IMG/VR virus record: IMGVR_UViG_3300032225_000604 | Location: 1 to 60,626 of that record | Length of the DNA: 60,626 nucleotides | Source of the DNA: a virus | Lineage: Duplodnaviria; Caudoviricetes | Reading direction: 5' to 3' (one strand) | The notes under the pieces: generated by a model | The model's input: the letters and a program-made list of their open reading frames with translations, nothing else | Database searches by the model: none | What the model was told of the DNA's origin: nothing | Translations under genes and position numbers: made by a program | Shown here: positions 1-8,696 of the stretch, one piece after another | How the letters are laid out: each line of letters begins with the position of its first letter | How positions within the stretch are numbered: the stretch's first letter is position 1

Positions 1-1887
1 ATTCTCGTAGGCATTCATCATGTCCGCGAGTTTGTCATAGGAATCATTTATGACCTTCTGAAATGCATCATTGGAAACCTTGTCTATGAACTTCGTGATC
101 TTCTCCTCATCCATCTCGTTCGGGAGGAACTTGTCCACGACTCTTCCAAGGTCAAGGTACACGGAGTCGGTGTCGATTGCGATCACATAGTCTGCATCGA
201 CCGATCCAACCACCTTGTTGATGTACTTGTTGAGTTCCTTCTCGACCCATTGAACCGACAACTGCCCCGACAGGGTGATTGCCTCAGCGATCTCCTCGTC
301 ATAGTAGCGGAACCACTCGTTGCCGATGGCACCAAATGCTGAGTTCAACTGAATCTTACGGACAAGTTGGAAGTTATGGTACTTGCTTATTGCAAGCGAT
401 AGACCTTCTCGTTCCTCTTTAGAAGCATCCTTGGGAAGGGTCTTGAGTGCAGCCTTCGCCTCAAGCATGAGCCGCTTGTACTCCTTGCGCTGCTTGTACA
501 TGGTGTCCATGAGTTCTGGAAGAAATCCACGAACATCCCTTCGATAAGTCGTACCATTTGCAGCAAGGCAGAGTTCTTCTCTCTTGGCATTGGATATGGC
601 AACAGACGCAGACTGCGTTCCTTCGATAAAAGACGATGGAGTGACCTCTCTACGCAGACCGTGGTGTGTCTTCGTCTCGGGGGATAGGTTGTACTGCATG
701 ATGAGGTGGGGATATAGAGAGTCGAGGTCGAACGACACAACCCACCTGTGCATACCGACTTGCGGATCCTTGACATACGCACCTTCAAATGACGCATCTT
801 TCTTTCCTTTCTTCTTGGGGGGAATCACGATCTTCTTTGCATGGAGATAGTGATAGATGATCTGATCCCAAGTCCGTACTTGGGAGAAGACATCCTGCAT
901 GTTCACCTTTGCCGAATACGCAAGCGAGACGGCAAGTTCAAGCAGCCGCAACTTGGCTTCAAGTTTCTGAACGAGCAGGGTATCCTGAATGTTGTACTGC
1001 ACGAACTTCGTGAAGTCGTTTCGGTAGAAGTCCGCGAAGTTGTCGTGTTCCTGATACGAGATCTTCTTCTCGCCAAGTTCAACGGACGCGATGTGATCCA
1101 ACTTGTAGGACTCGCGGGTCACATATGTGAATTTCTTGTAGAGGTCATAGTAGTCGAGGGTATTGATGCCGACGATCTCATAAGTGATGTTCTCTCGCCC
1201 ATTGATCTCGACCTTGCGATCCTTCAACTTGCCCCACGGGGAGAACTTCTTGGCAAAGGAATCACCGAACAGCCTCTGCATCCTGTGTACAAGGTACGGG
1301 ATGTCGAAGAACTGCACATTCCATCCCGTCACGATGTCGATGCCAAGGGACTGCCATGTCAGCATGAAGTCGCCAAGCATCTGCTCCTCGTTGTCATAGA
1401 GGTTGACGAGTACATCGTTCGGCATCTTGGACTTGTCAACCGTGCCAAGGGCAAATGTGTACTTCTTGCTGCCACAGATGAGGGTGATGACATTCACCTT
1501 CTCGTTCGCGGTAGCAATGTTCGGGAAGCCTTCCTCCGACTCGGTTTCGATGTCGATGTAGGCGATCTTCATCACCTTCATGTCATAGTTGATCTCGGAG
1601 GGGTACTCCTCTCCTATGAACTGATAGAGGTAGTCCGTGTTTCCGTGAATGGGATAGGACTTGACATCGCTGTACTTCTCCGTGAACTCACGCGCAGAAT
1701 CGATGTCATCGAACACGATTGGCTCGACATACTTCCCGTCGAGCGTCCTCCATGTCTGAGACCTCTGGCTCAACACGAAGAGGGAGGGCTTGAATGCCTC
1801 CTCCTCGGTGAACGCGACTCCGTTGTGATAACCACGATGTAGAATGCGATTGCCGCGAATGGCGACATTCGTGTAGAACTTGCTCAT
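1..1887 (-). CDS. 43: Family B DNA polymerase (T4 gp43-like), 3' end beyond window
   Basis: Hand translation from ATG 1887 (MSKFYTNVAIRGNRIL) gives PolB motifs in the same frame: WVVSFDLDSLYPH (~700-745), RKIQLNSAFGAIGNEWFRYY (301-360), AIDTDSVY (~155-180). Absent from the ORF track because it runs off the window. Confidence 0.97.
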   Translation of the reverse strand, partial: MSKFYTNVAIRGNRILHRGYHNGVAFTEEEAFKPSLFVLSQRSQTWRTLDGKYVEPIVFDDIDSAREFTEKYSDVKSYPIHGNTDYLYQFIGEEYPSEINYDMKVMKIAYIDIETESEEGFPNIATANEKVNVITLICGSKKYTFALGTVDKSKMPNDVLVNLYDNEEQMLGDFMLTWQSLGIDIVTGWNVQFFDIPYLVHRMQRLFGDSFAKKFSPWGKLKDRKVEINGRENITYEIVGINTLDYYDLYKKFTYVTRESYKLDHIASVELGEKKISYQEHDNFADFYRNDFTKFVQYNIQDTLLVQKLEAKLRLLELAVSLAYSAKVNMQDVFSQVRTWDQIIYHYLHAKKIVIPPKKKGKKDASFEGAYVKDPQVGMHRWVVSFDLDSLYPHLIMQYNLSPETKTHHGLRREVTPSSFIEGTQSASVAISNAKREELCLAANGTTYRRDVRGFLPELMDTMYKQRKEYKRLMLEAKAALKTLPKDASKEEREGLSLAISKYHNFQLVRKIQLNSAFGAIGNEWFRYYDEEIAEAITLSGQLSVQWVEKELNKYINKVVGSVDADYVIAIDTDSVYLDLGRVVDKFLPNEMDEEKITKFIDKVSNDAFQKVINDSYDKLADMMNAYEN

Positions 1888-1893
1888 GCTCTA

Positions 1894-1921
1894 AGTATAC
1901 CTCACTCCAAGACGGAGGCAA
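1894..1921 (-). promoter_or_regulatory. Host-type promoter for gp43 (leaderless)
   Basis: TTGCCT-16 nt-TATACT, then 6 nt to the ATG at 1887. Confidence 0.7.
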
Positions 1922-2753
1922 GGGTATTCGGGATCTCTTCTTTGATTCTGTTCTCTGCCAACTGAATGTATTCGGGATTCAGTTCAGTACCCACAAAGTT
2001 CCTATTGTTCTCTAGGGCAACGACTGCCGTGGTTCCCGATCCCGTGAATGGATCCATCACGGTTCCGCCCTCAGGGCATCCTGCAAGGATGCAAGGGAGT
2101 ATAAGATTCTTCGGATAGACTGCGAAATGCGCTCCCTTGTATCCCTTGGTATTCACAGTCCAAACGGAACGCTTGTTTTTCTTTTCTTCACCCGAAACTG
2201 AAGTCTCCTTGATTGCCTCATGGTCATAGTAGTAATGAGACTTCTTGGAGAGCAGGAAGATGTACTCATGTGCCTTGGTGCAGCGATCCTCGACGGACTC
2301 GGGCATGGGATTGGGCTTGTGCCAGATGATGTCCTGACGCAGCCACCAGCCATCTGCCTGTAGGGCAAATGCCACACGCCAAGGAATCCCGATGAGATCC
2401 TTGTGCTTCAGACCCTTCTGCTCCCTGCGGTTGCCAGGAATGAACGAAGGCATGTCGCGCTGCCCACCGATTGTCTGTGGGGGAGGAGCGACATTCTTCT
2501 GAGCCATGTACGAATCGCCAAGGTTCAGCCACAGAGTACCATCAGGACGAAGACAGCGGCGAACTTCACGGAATACATCAACGAGTGCATTGACATACTC
2601 ATTGACTTCCTGCTCGGATCCGATCTCTCCCTCTCCTCCTCCATAATCACGCAAGCCGAAGTACGGAGGTGAGGTAACGCAAGTATGAACAGAGTCTGCA
2701 TCAATCTGCTTGAGTGCTTCACGGCAGTCTCCCTGTATGATCCTGTAGTTCAT
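1902..2753 (-). CDS. Site-specific DNA methyltransferase (N4-C/N6-A, beta class)
   Basis: Catalytic TSPPY motif near the N-terminus; SAM-binding DPFTGSGTT near the C-terminus. Confidence 0.93.
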   Translation of the reverse strand: MNYRIIQGDCREALKQIDADSVHTCVTSPPYFGLRDYGGGEGEIGSEQEVNEYVNALVDVFREVRRCLRPDGTLWLNLGDSYMAQKNVAPPPQTIGGQRDMPSFIPGNRREQKGLKHKDLIGIPWRVAFALQADGWWLRQDIIWHKPNPMPESVEDRCTKAHEYIFLLSKKSHYYYDHEAIKETSVSGEEKKNKRSVWTVNTKGYKGAHFAVYPKNLILPCILAGCPEGGTVMDPFTGSGTTAVVALENNRNFVGTELNPEYIQLAENRIKEEIPNTLASVLE

Positions 2754-2759
2754 GTTTCC

Positions 2760-3137
2760 TCAATACTTGATGCCACGCGCAAAATGATGCTCCTCGAACG
2801 ACGAGAAGCCAAAGCATTCCCTAGCATACTCCAAGATGATGTTCTTGTCGAAGTTGTTGCAGGAATACACATCCAGCGTGATGAAGTGGGTGGGTTCGAT
2901 TGAGTGGATTTGAATGCCACTTTCAATCAGAGGAACCCACCCACTTACACCAGCCTTTGCTGGATAGAGTTCCTTGCCAAGGTGAGTTGGTCCGTGTATT
3001 ACTATCGGTTGGCTCATTCGGGTCATGCCGATCTTGTCAACGACCCGCTCAAGGAAGCGATAGGTTAGTTCCATGTCATCTGCTGCACCATCCTTGCAGT
3101 TGTACATGTCGAGGTAGTAGGAATATCCGAATGGCAT
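2760..3137 (-). CDS. Pyruvoyl-dependent decarboxylase, S-adenosylmethionine decarboxylase (SpeD/SpeH) family
   Basis: GVSGWVPLIE|SGIQIH autocleavage-like site and ITLDVYSC motif; 125 aa. Confidence 0.8.
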   Translation of the reverse strand: MPFGYSYYLDMYNCKDGAADDMELTYRFLERVVDKIGMTRMSQPIVIHGPTHLGKELYPAKAGVSGWVPLIESGIQIHSIEPTHFITLDVYSCNNFDKNIILEYARECFGFSSFEEHHFARGIKY

Positions 3138-3138
3138 A

Positions 3139-3564
3139 TTATTGCTTCCAGTTATTTAGAATCCAACTAGAGGAGTTCATCTTATCCGATCCACCGACAC
3201 CGAAGATATAGGAGATGTTGTTGTCCCCGACATCCATCTCAGGAATGTTCTTGCTTGTCCTGTCCCCACCATTCGCAAACACGATATGTGTGGAAGGAAA
3301 CTGAACACGAACCTTGCGGATCGCATCCTTGGCACTGCCATCACCGTCATCAAATCCAATCACAGCATCAACGGACTTGATATTGTTGACGATGTTGCAT
3401 CGCTCATTGAAGTCGAGAAATGCCTTTCCCTTCTTGCGGACAAGCCACTCATCGGAGTTCACTCCAACGATAAGCATGTTTCCCAGTGTCTTTGCCGCAT
3501 TGAAGTAGGCAATATGCCCACTATGGATCGGATCAAAACCACCAGTGACCAATACGATGTTCAT
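3139..3564 (-). CDS. Cytidylyltransferase/nucleotidyltransferase (TagD/RfaE-like)
   Basis: TGGFDPIHSGH (HxGH), GVNSD, ANGGDR, K..SSS motifs. Likely start ATG 3564, overlapping the upstream stop. Confidence 0.9.
   Translation of the reverse strand: MNIVLVTGGFDPIHSGHIAYFNAAKTLGNMLIVGVNSDEWLVRKKGKAFLDFNERCNIVNNIKSVDAVIGFDDGDGSAKDAIRKVRVQFPSTHIVFANGGDRTSKNIPEMDVGDNNISYIFGVGGSDKMNSSSWILNNWKQ
3153..3159 (-). promoter_or_regulatory. Putative late promoter (CTAAATA) upstream of decarboxylase/methyltransferase
   Basis: Matches the T4-like TAAATA core, about 15 nt upstream of ATG 3137. Confidence 0.45.
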
Positions 3565-3827
3565 TCGCGCTCGACTCCATAGATGTGTTCCTCGGAGATC
3601 ACATCGTATTCCTTGTAGTGCTGACCCTTGATCTTGCTGATGTCCCACAATGCTCGGTCACCGACACGGATGTCTTCCTTTACACCTTCTCCCACGGCAA
3701 TCACCTTAGACCAGACCAATCTGGATGTGATACGCTCATTGTAGATGATGCCAGCCTCGGTTGTCTTTTCGCCACCAAAGTCTCGGGCAAGGACGACATT
3801 CCTTCCAATCGGACGCAGATCGTTCAT
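3561..3827 (-). CDS. GroES-like co-chaperonin
   Basis: LRPIGRNVVL...EKTTEAGII...KVIAVGEG...VGDR matches the Cpn10 pattern. Confidence 0.85.
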   Translation of the reverse strand: MNDLRPIGRNVVLARDFGGEKTTEAGIIYNERITSRLVWSKVIAVGEGVKEDIRVGDRALWDISKIKGQHYKEYDVISEEHIYGVERE

Positions 3828-4192
3828 GATAGTTCCCTCGTAGTGCAGTTAAGAAGAGATTCACCATACTGGACCTTGAGTCTCTGATCCTGCTTATATG
3901 CGGAAAGAAGCACGATGTAGTTGATGACATCCACCATCGTGTCCTCAAAGGACTCGTCCTTCACATTGGTCTTACCCGACTCAATGATGGAGGAAAGACG
4001 GCTCATCTTATCCGTAAGCCGAACCAGGAATCCTTGCTCGGTGGAGCAGATTCCCATTGCCTCAACGCGGGTGAAGTTGGCAAATGGCTCCTTGCCGTCA
4101 TTCCCCGCATAGTCCCGATTCTTCATGTCCATCAAGTCCCGTGCTTGCTTGCAAAGGACTTCGTGATGCTTCAGCAATTCATCTCGCGTCAT
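3824..4192 (-). CDS. DUF1599 / nucleotide-modification-associated domain-like helical protein
   Basis: KNRDY...NF...RLTDKMSR...ESFEDTMVDVINY pattern, recognised from memory. Confidence 0.65.
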   Translation of the reverse strand: MTRDELLKHHEVLCKQARDLMDMKNRDYAGNDGKEPFANFTRVEAMGICSTEQGFLVRLTDKMSRLSSIIESGKTNVKDESFEDTMVDVINYIVLLSAYKQDQRLKVQYGESLLNCTTRELS

Positions 4193-4209
4193 TTGGTTCT
4201 CCAGTGTCT

Positions 4210-4707
4210 TCAGTTCACGCCCGTGCTTCCAAACCCGCCGTTGCGGGATGTTCTCTTCTTCGGTCTCTCAAGGCTCTCCATGATCACATAGTCATGGTTC
4301 CTCACAAGTTCTGCCTGAGCGATCCTCATGCCATGCGTGATCGTCACGCGAGACAGGGAATCGTTCTTGAGGAGCAAGAAGCACTCCTCGACATAATCGG
4401 AGTCTACTATACCCTCGCAGTTCTGAGTTACAAGTCCCAACTTGAAAGAAAGTCCGGAACGGGGATAGATTCTTACGGAGTGACATTCGGGAATGTCGAA
4501 TATCAAACCTGTCGGAATCAGTACTCGGAACTCGGCAGGGATCTCAATCTTATCCACGCAGTCCAGTTCAATCGCCTCGTTCATGCGAGTATAGCATTTT
4601 ATCTTATTCGATCCCATGAGGCAAGCACAGAGATCAAAGCAAGCCGATTCCTCGGTCGCGAAGGATGGAACGATAGCATTCGGATTCGATCTGAATACCT
4701 TCAGCAT
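4210..4707 (-). CDS. dut: dUTPase (trimeric)
   Basis: ACFDL, PRSG, GIVDSDY, RIAQ and RNGGFGSTG motifs. Confidence 0.95.
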   Translation of the reverse strand: MLKVFRSNPNAIVPSFATEESACFDLCACLMGSNKIKCYTRMNEAIELDCVDKIEIPAEFRVLIPTGLIFDIPECHSVRIYPRSGLSFKLGLVTQNCEGIVDSDYVEECFLLLKNDSLSRVTITHGMRIAQAELVRNHDYVIMESLERPKKRTSRNGGFGSTGVN

Positions 4708-4722
4708 GATATAGATCCTTGG

Positions 4723-6000
4723 TCAGCGGCTCTTTGCCTTGCGATCCTTCTTACGGTTTAGCAAATGCTTGAGATGCTCTCTCCTCTTCTCATCTGATTC
4801 CTTTTCCAACACATCGGCAGATTTTTCGGGGATCTTCACTTCAGGAGTCTTTCGTTCCTGCATTTTCCTCATTGCGTCGAGAGAGGGACCAGCCTCCACC
4901 ATCTTCTGTTGATAGAGTTTCAGGTTTGTTTCCATCCTGGTCTTCTCAGACTCGGGGTAAAATGGATTTGACAGACATCTTGCTGATGCTTCCAACCCCT
5001 CATCAAGTCGATGTAGATAGTATGCTGTAGATGCAATTTCATCGTCCACCTGCCACCTATAGACATCTTCATCGATGAATAGAATATCAAACTGTGGATA
5101 CGGCATGTCCTTTGCCATCTTGGCAAAGAGATATGCAAGCCTAGGCTGATTCACCATGCGATACATCTTGGCAATGTGATACAGTGGTTCGGCTCGGATC
5201 GGTCGATAGTTCCATGCCATGAGGAACTTCTCCTTGACCTCACCAAATGTCTTGTTCGTGATAGCCGCGATCATGGCAATCCTATAGAGTGAATAGAAGA
5301 CTTCCTCTTCCCATCCACCCATCTCGACGCGCTTTCGGTATGCAGCATCGGACTTGTCCCATTGCTGTGAATCAAAATAGGACTGAGCAAGATAGAACTG
5401 ATCCCGTGTATTGGTAGGATCCTCCTTGAGGGCTTCCTCAAGGACGATGGCATCGCGGCTATACTTCTCAATGGGATCGATATTGAGGTTTCTCGCTCCA
5501 CCCATAGTACGGGCGCAGATGTTGTAGTTTCCATCTAACTTCATCACACGGGGATTTGGCTTCTCACACGCCGCATATTCGTGGAGGACGCCCTTGTACT
5601 GCCACTTGCAGTCCAACTTGAATATCTGATTGCGCCACCAGAAGAACGATCCGCGCTTGATGCGAAGGGCGAAACTATCTGCTTCCGTATTAGGAGGAAG
5701 TTTCAATTCACCTTCGATGTAATCGTCGGCATCGATGACCCATGCATAGTCTGCCTTGCCCTCTGCGGCTTGGAATGCAAGGGTTCGATTGTGACCGAAG
5801 TTCTTCCATTCATGTGAATGGAGTTCACCAGGAATACCCTTCTCAGCAAAGAAGTTCTTGATGATTTCCTGTGTTCCATCATTGGAACCCGTATCGCAGA
5901 TGACCCAGTGGTCAATGAACTTGTAGACGGAGTTGAGGCACTCAAGGATGATGTGCGACTCGTTCTTCACGATCATGCATAGTGTAACGGTTGGACGCAT
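4723..6000 (-). CDS. GT2 glycosyltransferase with TPR repeats (SunS-like architecture)
   Basis: MIVKNES, DTGSNDGT, WKNFGHNR, DADD (DxD), GVLHE, then TPR-like helices (FYLAQSY, YSLYRIA, AEPLYHIA). Confidence 0.88.
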   Translation of the reverse strand: MRPTVTLCMIVKNESHIILECLNSVYKFIDHWVICDTGSNDGTQEIIKNFFAEKGIPGELHSHEWKNFGHNRTLAFQAAEGKADYAWVIDADDYIEGELKLPPNTEADSFALRIKRGSFFWWRNQIFKLDCKWQYKGVLHEYAACEKPNPRVMKLDGNYNICARTMGGARNLNIDPIEKYSRDAIVLEEALKEDPTNTRDQFYLAQSYFDSQQWDKSDAAYRKRVEMGGWEEEVFYSLYRIAMIAAITNKTFGEVKEKFLMAWNYRPIRAEPLYHIAKMYRMVNQPRLAYLFAKMAKDMPYPQFDILFIDEDVYRWQVDDEIASTAYYLHRLDEGLEASARCLSNPFYPESEKTRMETNLKLYQQKMVEAGPSLDAMRKMQERKTPEVKIPEKSADVLEKESDEKRREHLKHLLNRKKDRKAKSR

Positions 6001-6018
6001 ACTGTATATTCCTTTGGT

Positions 6019-6435
6019 TCAGGGCTTCTTCTTACCTATGTGGTATTTAGGTACGAGTTCCCAGTTCTGCTTGTCTTTGAATGGGATTATCTTCATCTGT
6101 GCAAGAGAAACAATAGGTTCGCTTGCCTTCTTCTCATCGACTATGTCTACAAGACCCCATTCCTCCAGTAGGTTGGCAATCGTGTTCCGTCTGCCGATGT
6201 CGGTATCATCAATGTCGGTCGGTAGACCGTCTAGCGCGAACAGTTCCTTGAAATGAACGATATAGAACTTGCCGCGCTTGTGCAGGATGTGGCAACTCTG
6301 ATAGAGTTTGTTTTCCTTCTTGGAGGAGACACCGATCCTAGTCAGCGTCTCGCGCACCTTGAGAAAGTCATCCTCAGCCTTTAGTGTCACCTCCAGCAGA
6401 TCGTCTGCCTTGAGGTTCAATACTCTTTTTTCCAT
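6019..6435 (-). CDS. regA: Translational repressor RegA
   Basis: FLKVRETLTRIG, LYQSCHILHKRG, YIVHFKELFALDG. Start placed at ATG 6435 after GAGG. Confidence 0.96.
   Translation of the reverse strand: MEKRVLNLKADDLLEVTLKAEDDFLKVRETLTRIGVSSKKENKLYQSCHILHKRGKFYIVHFKELFALDGLPTDIDDTDIGRRNTIANLLEEWGLVDIVDEKKASEPIVSLAQMKIIPFKDKQNWELVPKYHIGKKKP
6044..6050 (-). promoter_or_regulatory. Putative late promoter (CTAAATA) upstream of glycosyltransferase
   Basis: TAAATA core inside the regA 3' end, 43 nt before ATG 6000. Confidence 0.5.
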
Positions 6436-6476
6436 AGTATCCTCGCCAATCAATCAACATGATAGAATGTCTTTGA

Positions 6477-6878
6477 TTATTTAGCATTTCGGACACCTCC
6501 ATGCATCTTTTGTCCACGGGACACGATTTCCGCAACTATCTTGGCACCAAGGGTATCCCTCAGTTGCTCTGCCTTCTTGATTGAGCAGTTGAACAGGTCG
6601 GCAATGGTCTGAACCAGTTCTGCGTCATCCTTCTTTGCCCACTTGGACATCCGCTTCCTCGGACGGACGGAATGCAGCAGGAACTCATACTGCATCTGCT
6701 TGTCCATATGGCAGCGGAAGTTCATCTCGTTGGCTTGGATGATGGTATCGGGAAACTGAGACAGACCCTTGTTCATGAGGTAAGGGGCATACTCGGATGC
6801 CCCCCTTCCCTCCTCACGGATAAGATTCTTCTTGCTGATGTTGATGCTGTTCAGGAAGTCGAATGGGTTGTCGTTCAT
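6477..6878 (-). CDS. 62: Clamp loader small subunit (gp62)
   Basis: PFDFLNSIN, YAPYLMNKGLS, ANEMN, RPRKRMSKW; lies between gp44 and regA. Confidence 0.9.
   Translation of the reverse strand: MNDNPFDFLNSINISKKNLIREEGRGASEYAPYLMNKGLSQFPDTIIQANEMNFRCHMDKQMQYEFLLHSVRPRKRMSKWAKKDDAELVQTIADLFNCSIKKAEQLRDTLGAKIVAEIVSRGQKMHGGVRNAK
6478..6484 (-). promoter_or_regulatory. Putative late promoter (CTAAATA) upstream of regA
   Basis: TAAATA core overlapping the gp62 stop codon. Confidence 0.5.
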
Positions 6879-7822
6879 TTCTTGAACTCGCAGGAAACCA
6901 TCAGTTCGCTCAGACATGCCATAGTGTTGATCTCCTGATCCGCGACGAAGGCAGACTTGTACTGATATTCAGCAAGGGTCAGGATTGCCTGTGGAATGGA
7001 CTGAGGCTCAAGGATCTCGTAGATCCCGTCATAGATGTTGCGGAACAGACCGACATGGTCATTGTCGATGTTGTTCGCCACCCACTTGCGGATCGATCCG
7101 AACTCCTTCTTCTTCATGAATCCGATCAGGTCATTGACCTTGTCGGTTGCCGTGGTGCCAAGGATGCCGACATCGATCTTGCCACCCAAGGCATACTTCT
7201 GTAGGTCATTGATGAGCCTACGGAAGTCGGGGAACCTACGCATGACGAGTTCCGCGACCACCTTGTTGTCATATTCGATATCCTCTGCGTCGAGGATGGC
7301 ACAGATGCGCTTGTGCATCTGCTTTGCCATCTTGGGCTTCTCGGCAGAAGGAATGCGGAAGTCGATGACCGTGCATCGCGAATGCAGAGGTTGGATGATC
7401 CTGTTCTTGTAGTTGCAGGTCAGGATGAAGCGGCAGTTCTTGGAGAACTCCTCCATGAAGCCACGAAGGGCTGGCTGCATGGACTGCGGATTGGAGTAGT
7501 CGAACTCGTCTAGGATGACCACCTTGTTGCCACCACTGAACGAGACCGAACTCGCGAAGTCGCGGATTCGGGTTCTCAGGGTGTCGATGTTTCCATCCTC
7601 AGAGCAGTTGATGATGATCCAATCGCAGTTCATCTCGTCGCAAAGTGCCTTCGCAACGGTCGTCTTGCCTACACCAGGTCCACCCGCAAGGAGAAGGTTC
7701 TGAATCTGTCCCTTCTCTATGCTATCCTCAAATGTCTTCAGAATGTCTTCGGGAAGGACGCAGTCAGCGATCCGACGAGGGCGGTATTTCTCCGACCAAA
7801 GATATTCATCAGTAGCAAGCAT
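6875..7822 (-). CDS. 44: Clamp loader ATPase subunit (gp44)
   Basis: WSEKYRP, GGPGVGKTT, ILDEFD, SRC motifs; start ATG 7822. Confidence 0.96.
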   Translation of the reverse strand: MLATDEYLWSEKYRPRRIADCVLPEDILKTFEDSIEKGQIQNLLLAGGPGVGKTTVAKALCDEMNCDWIIINCSEDGNIDTLRTRIRDFASSVSFSGGNKVVILDEFDYSNPQSMQPALRGFMEEFSKNCRFILTCNYKNRIIQPLHSRCTVIDFRIPSAEKPKMAKQMHKRICAILDAEDIEYDNKVVAELVMRRFPDFRRLINDLQKYALGGKIDVGILGTTATDKVNDLIGFMKKKEFGSIRKWVANNIDNDHVGLFRNIYDGIYEILEPQSIPQAILTLAEYQYKSAFVADQEINTMACLSELMVSCEFKK

Positions 7823-7829
7823 GTTTTCC

Positions 7830-8504
7830 TCAAGACTTGGTTGATTCCGAACGGAGAGCGATCCAATACGACACACCATTGTTCTTGCCAGTGAACTTGG
7901 CAACGGCAGTTCCACCCACCTCGACCTTGTAGTCATCGGGGATCATCTTCAGGAGTTCGATGTCCATGAAGAGGTTGAACTTATTGCCCGTCTGATCTGC
8001 CAGAATCATCGTGAATACATTCGATGAACTGTTCAGACCCACCTTGCGGTCGAATGCCACCATCTCAATGCCACCCACATCGGTGTTCCTGATGCACACC
8101 GCGTCGAGTTGCAGCACGGAGGATGCCTTCTGAATCTCGGCAATCTGATTCTGAGACAGGTCGAACGATACCGTCAGGGCTGGCATCTTGATCGACTTGT
8201 TCGCCTTCTCGACCAACTTCTCGTCGGCATAGAAGTAGTTCACCGAACTGTTGTTCGACTTGATGGTCACGAACTTGTCGTTGAACTGATACTCAGGAGT
8301 GCCGAACAAGGAAGTCGTGGCAATGAACTTGCCAAGATCAAAGATGGCAAATGGCTTCGCAAAGTCCTCCTCCACCTTTGCCTCTGCCATGATGTTCTTG
8401 GCAGTCGAGACGGTGCGGATGATGTTGCCCTGCTCAACATGGATGCTTGAGCGGATGCCCGAAAAGTTCTTCAGGATGTCGAATGTCTTCTTGCTGATCT
8501 TCAT
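7830..8504 (-). CDS. 45: Sliding clamp (gp45)
   Basis: LKNFSGI, FAIFDL, YWIAL motifs; synteny with gp44. Confidence 0.93.
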   Translation of the reverse strand: MKISKKTFDILKNFSGIRSSIHVEQGNIIRTVSTAKNIMAEAKVEEDFAKPFAIFDLGKFIATTSLFGTPEYQFNDKFVTIKSNNSSVNYFYADEKLVEKANKSIKMPALTVSFDLSQNQIAEIQKASSVLQLDAVCIRNTDVGGIEMVAFDRKVGLNSSSNVFTMILADQTGNKFNLFMDIELLKMIPDDYKVEVGGTAVAKFTGKNNGVSYWIALRSESTKS

Positions 8505-8507
8505 GAT

Positions 8508-8696
8508 TTATTCCTCTTCACTGATTTCATCGATCATGTCGTAAATGTCCTCACCACCATTGACCATGTCCTTCAGGTCTCGTAGGTGGTGCTTGGCATC
8601 ATGTCGCTTCTCGCGCCGATCCTTCTTCCTACCATTGGGGGTAGGACGATGGTCATCCATGCGTCCGAAGTCTTCGTCTTTCCAGTTACGGCTCAC
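8508..8696 (-). CDS. Small charged hypothetical protein
   Basis: 62-aa ORF with GGAGG RBS, tiling the gap between neighbouring genes. Confidence 0.65.
   Translation of the reverse strand: MSRNWKDEDFGRMDDHRPTPNGRKKDRREKRHDAKHHLRDLKDMVNGGEDIYDMIDEISEEE

Noticed and set aside
387-797. 136-aa minus-strand ORF suggesting a split or frameshifted polymerase
   Set aside because: Alternate frame; the PolB motifs all lie in one other frame with the 1887 start, at normal spacing, so no intein or intron is indicated
841-1842. 333-aa plus-strand ORF
   Set aside because: Antisense shadow of gp43; consistent with sense-strand codon bias removing antisense stops; no motifs
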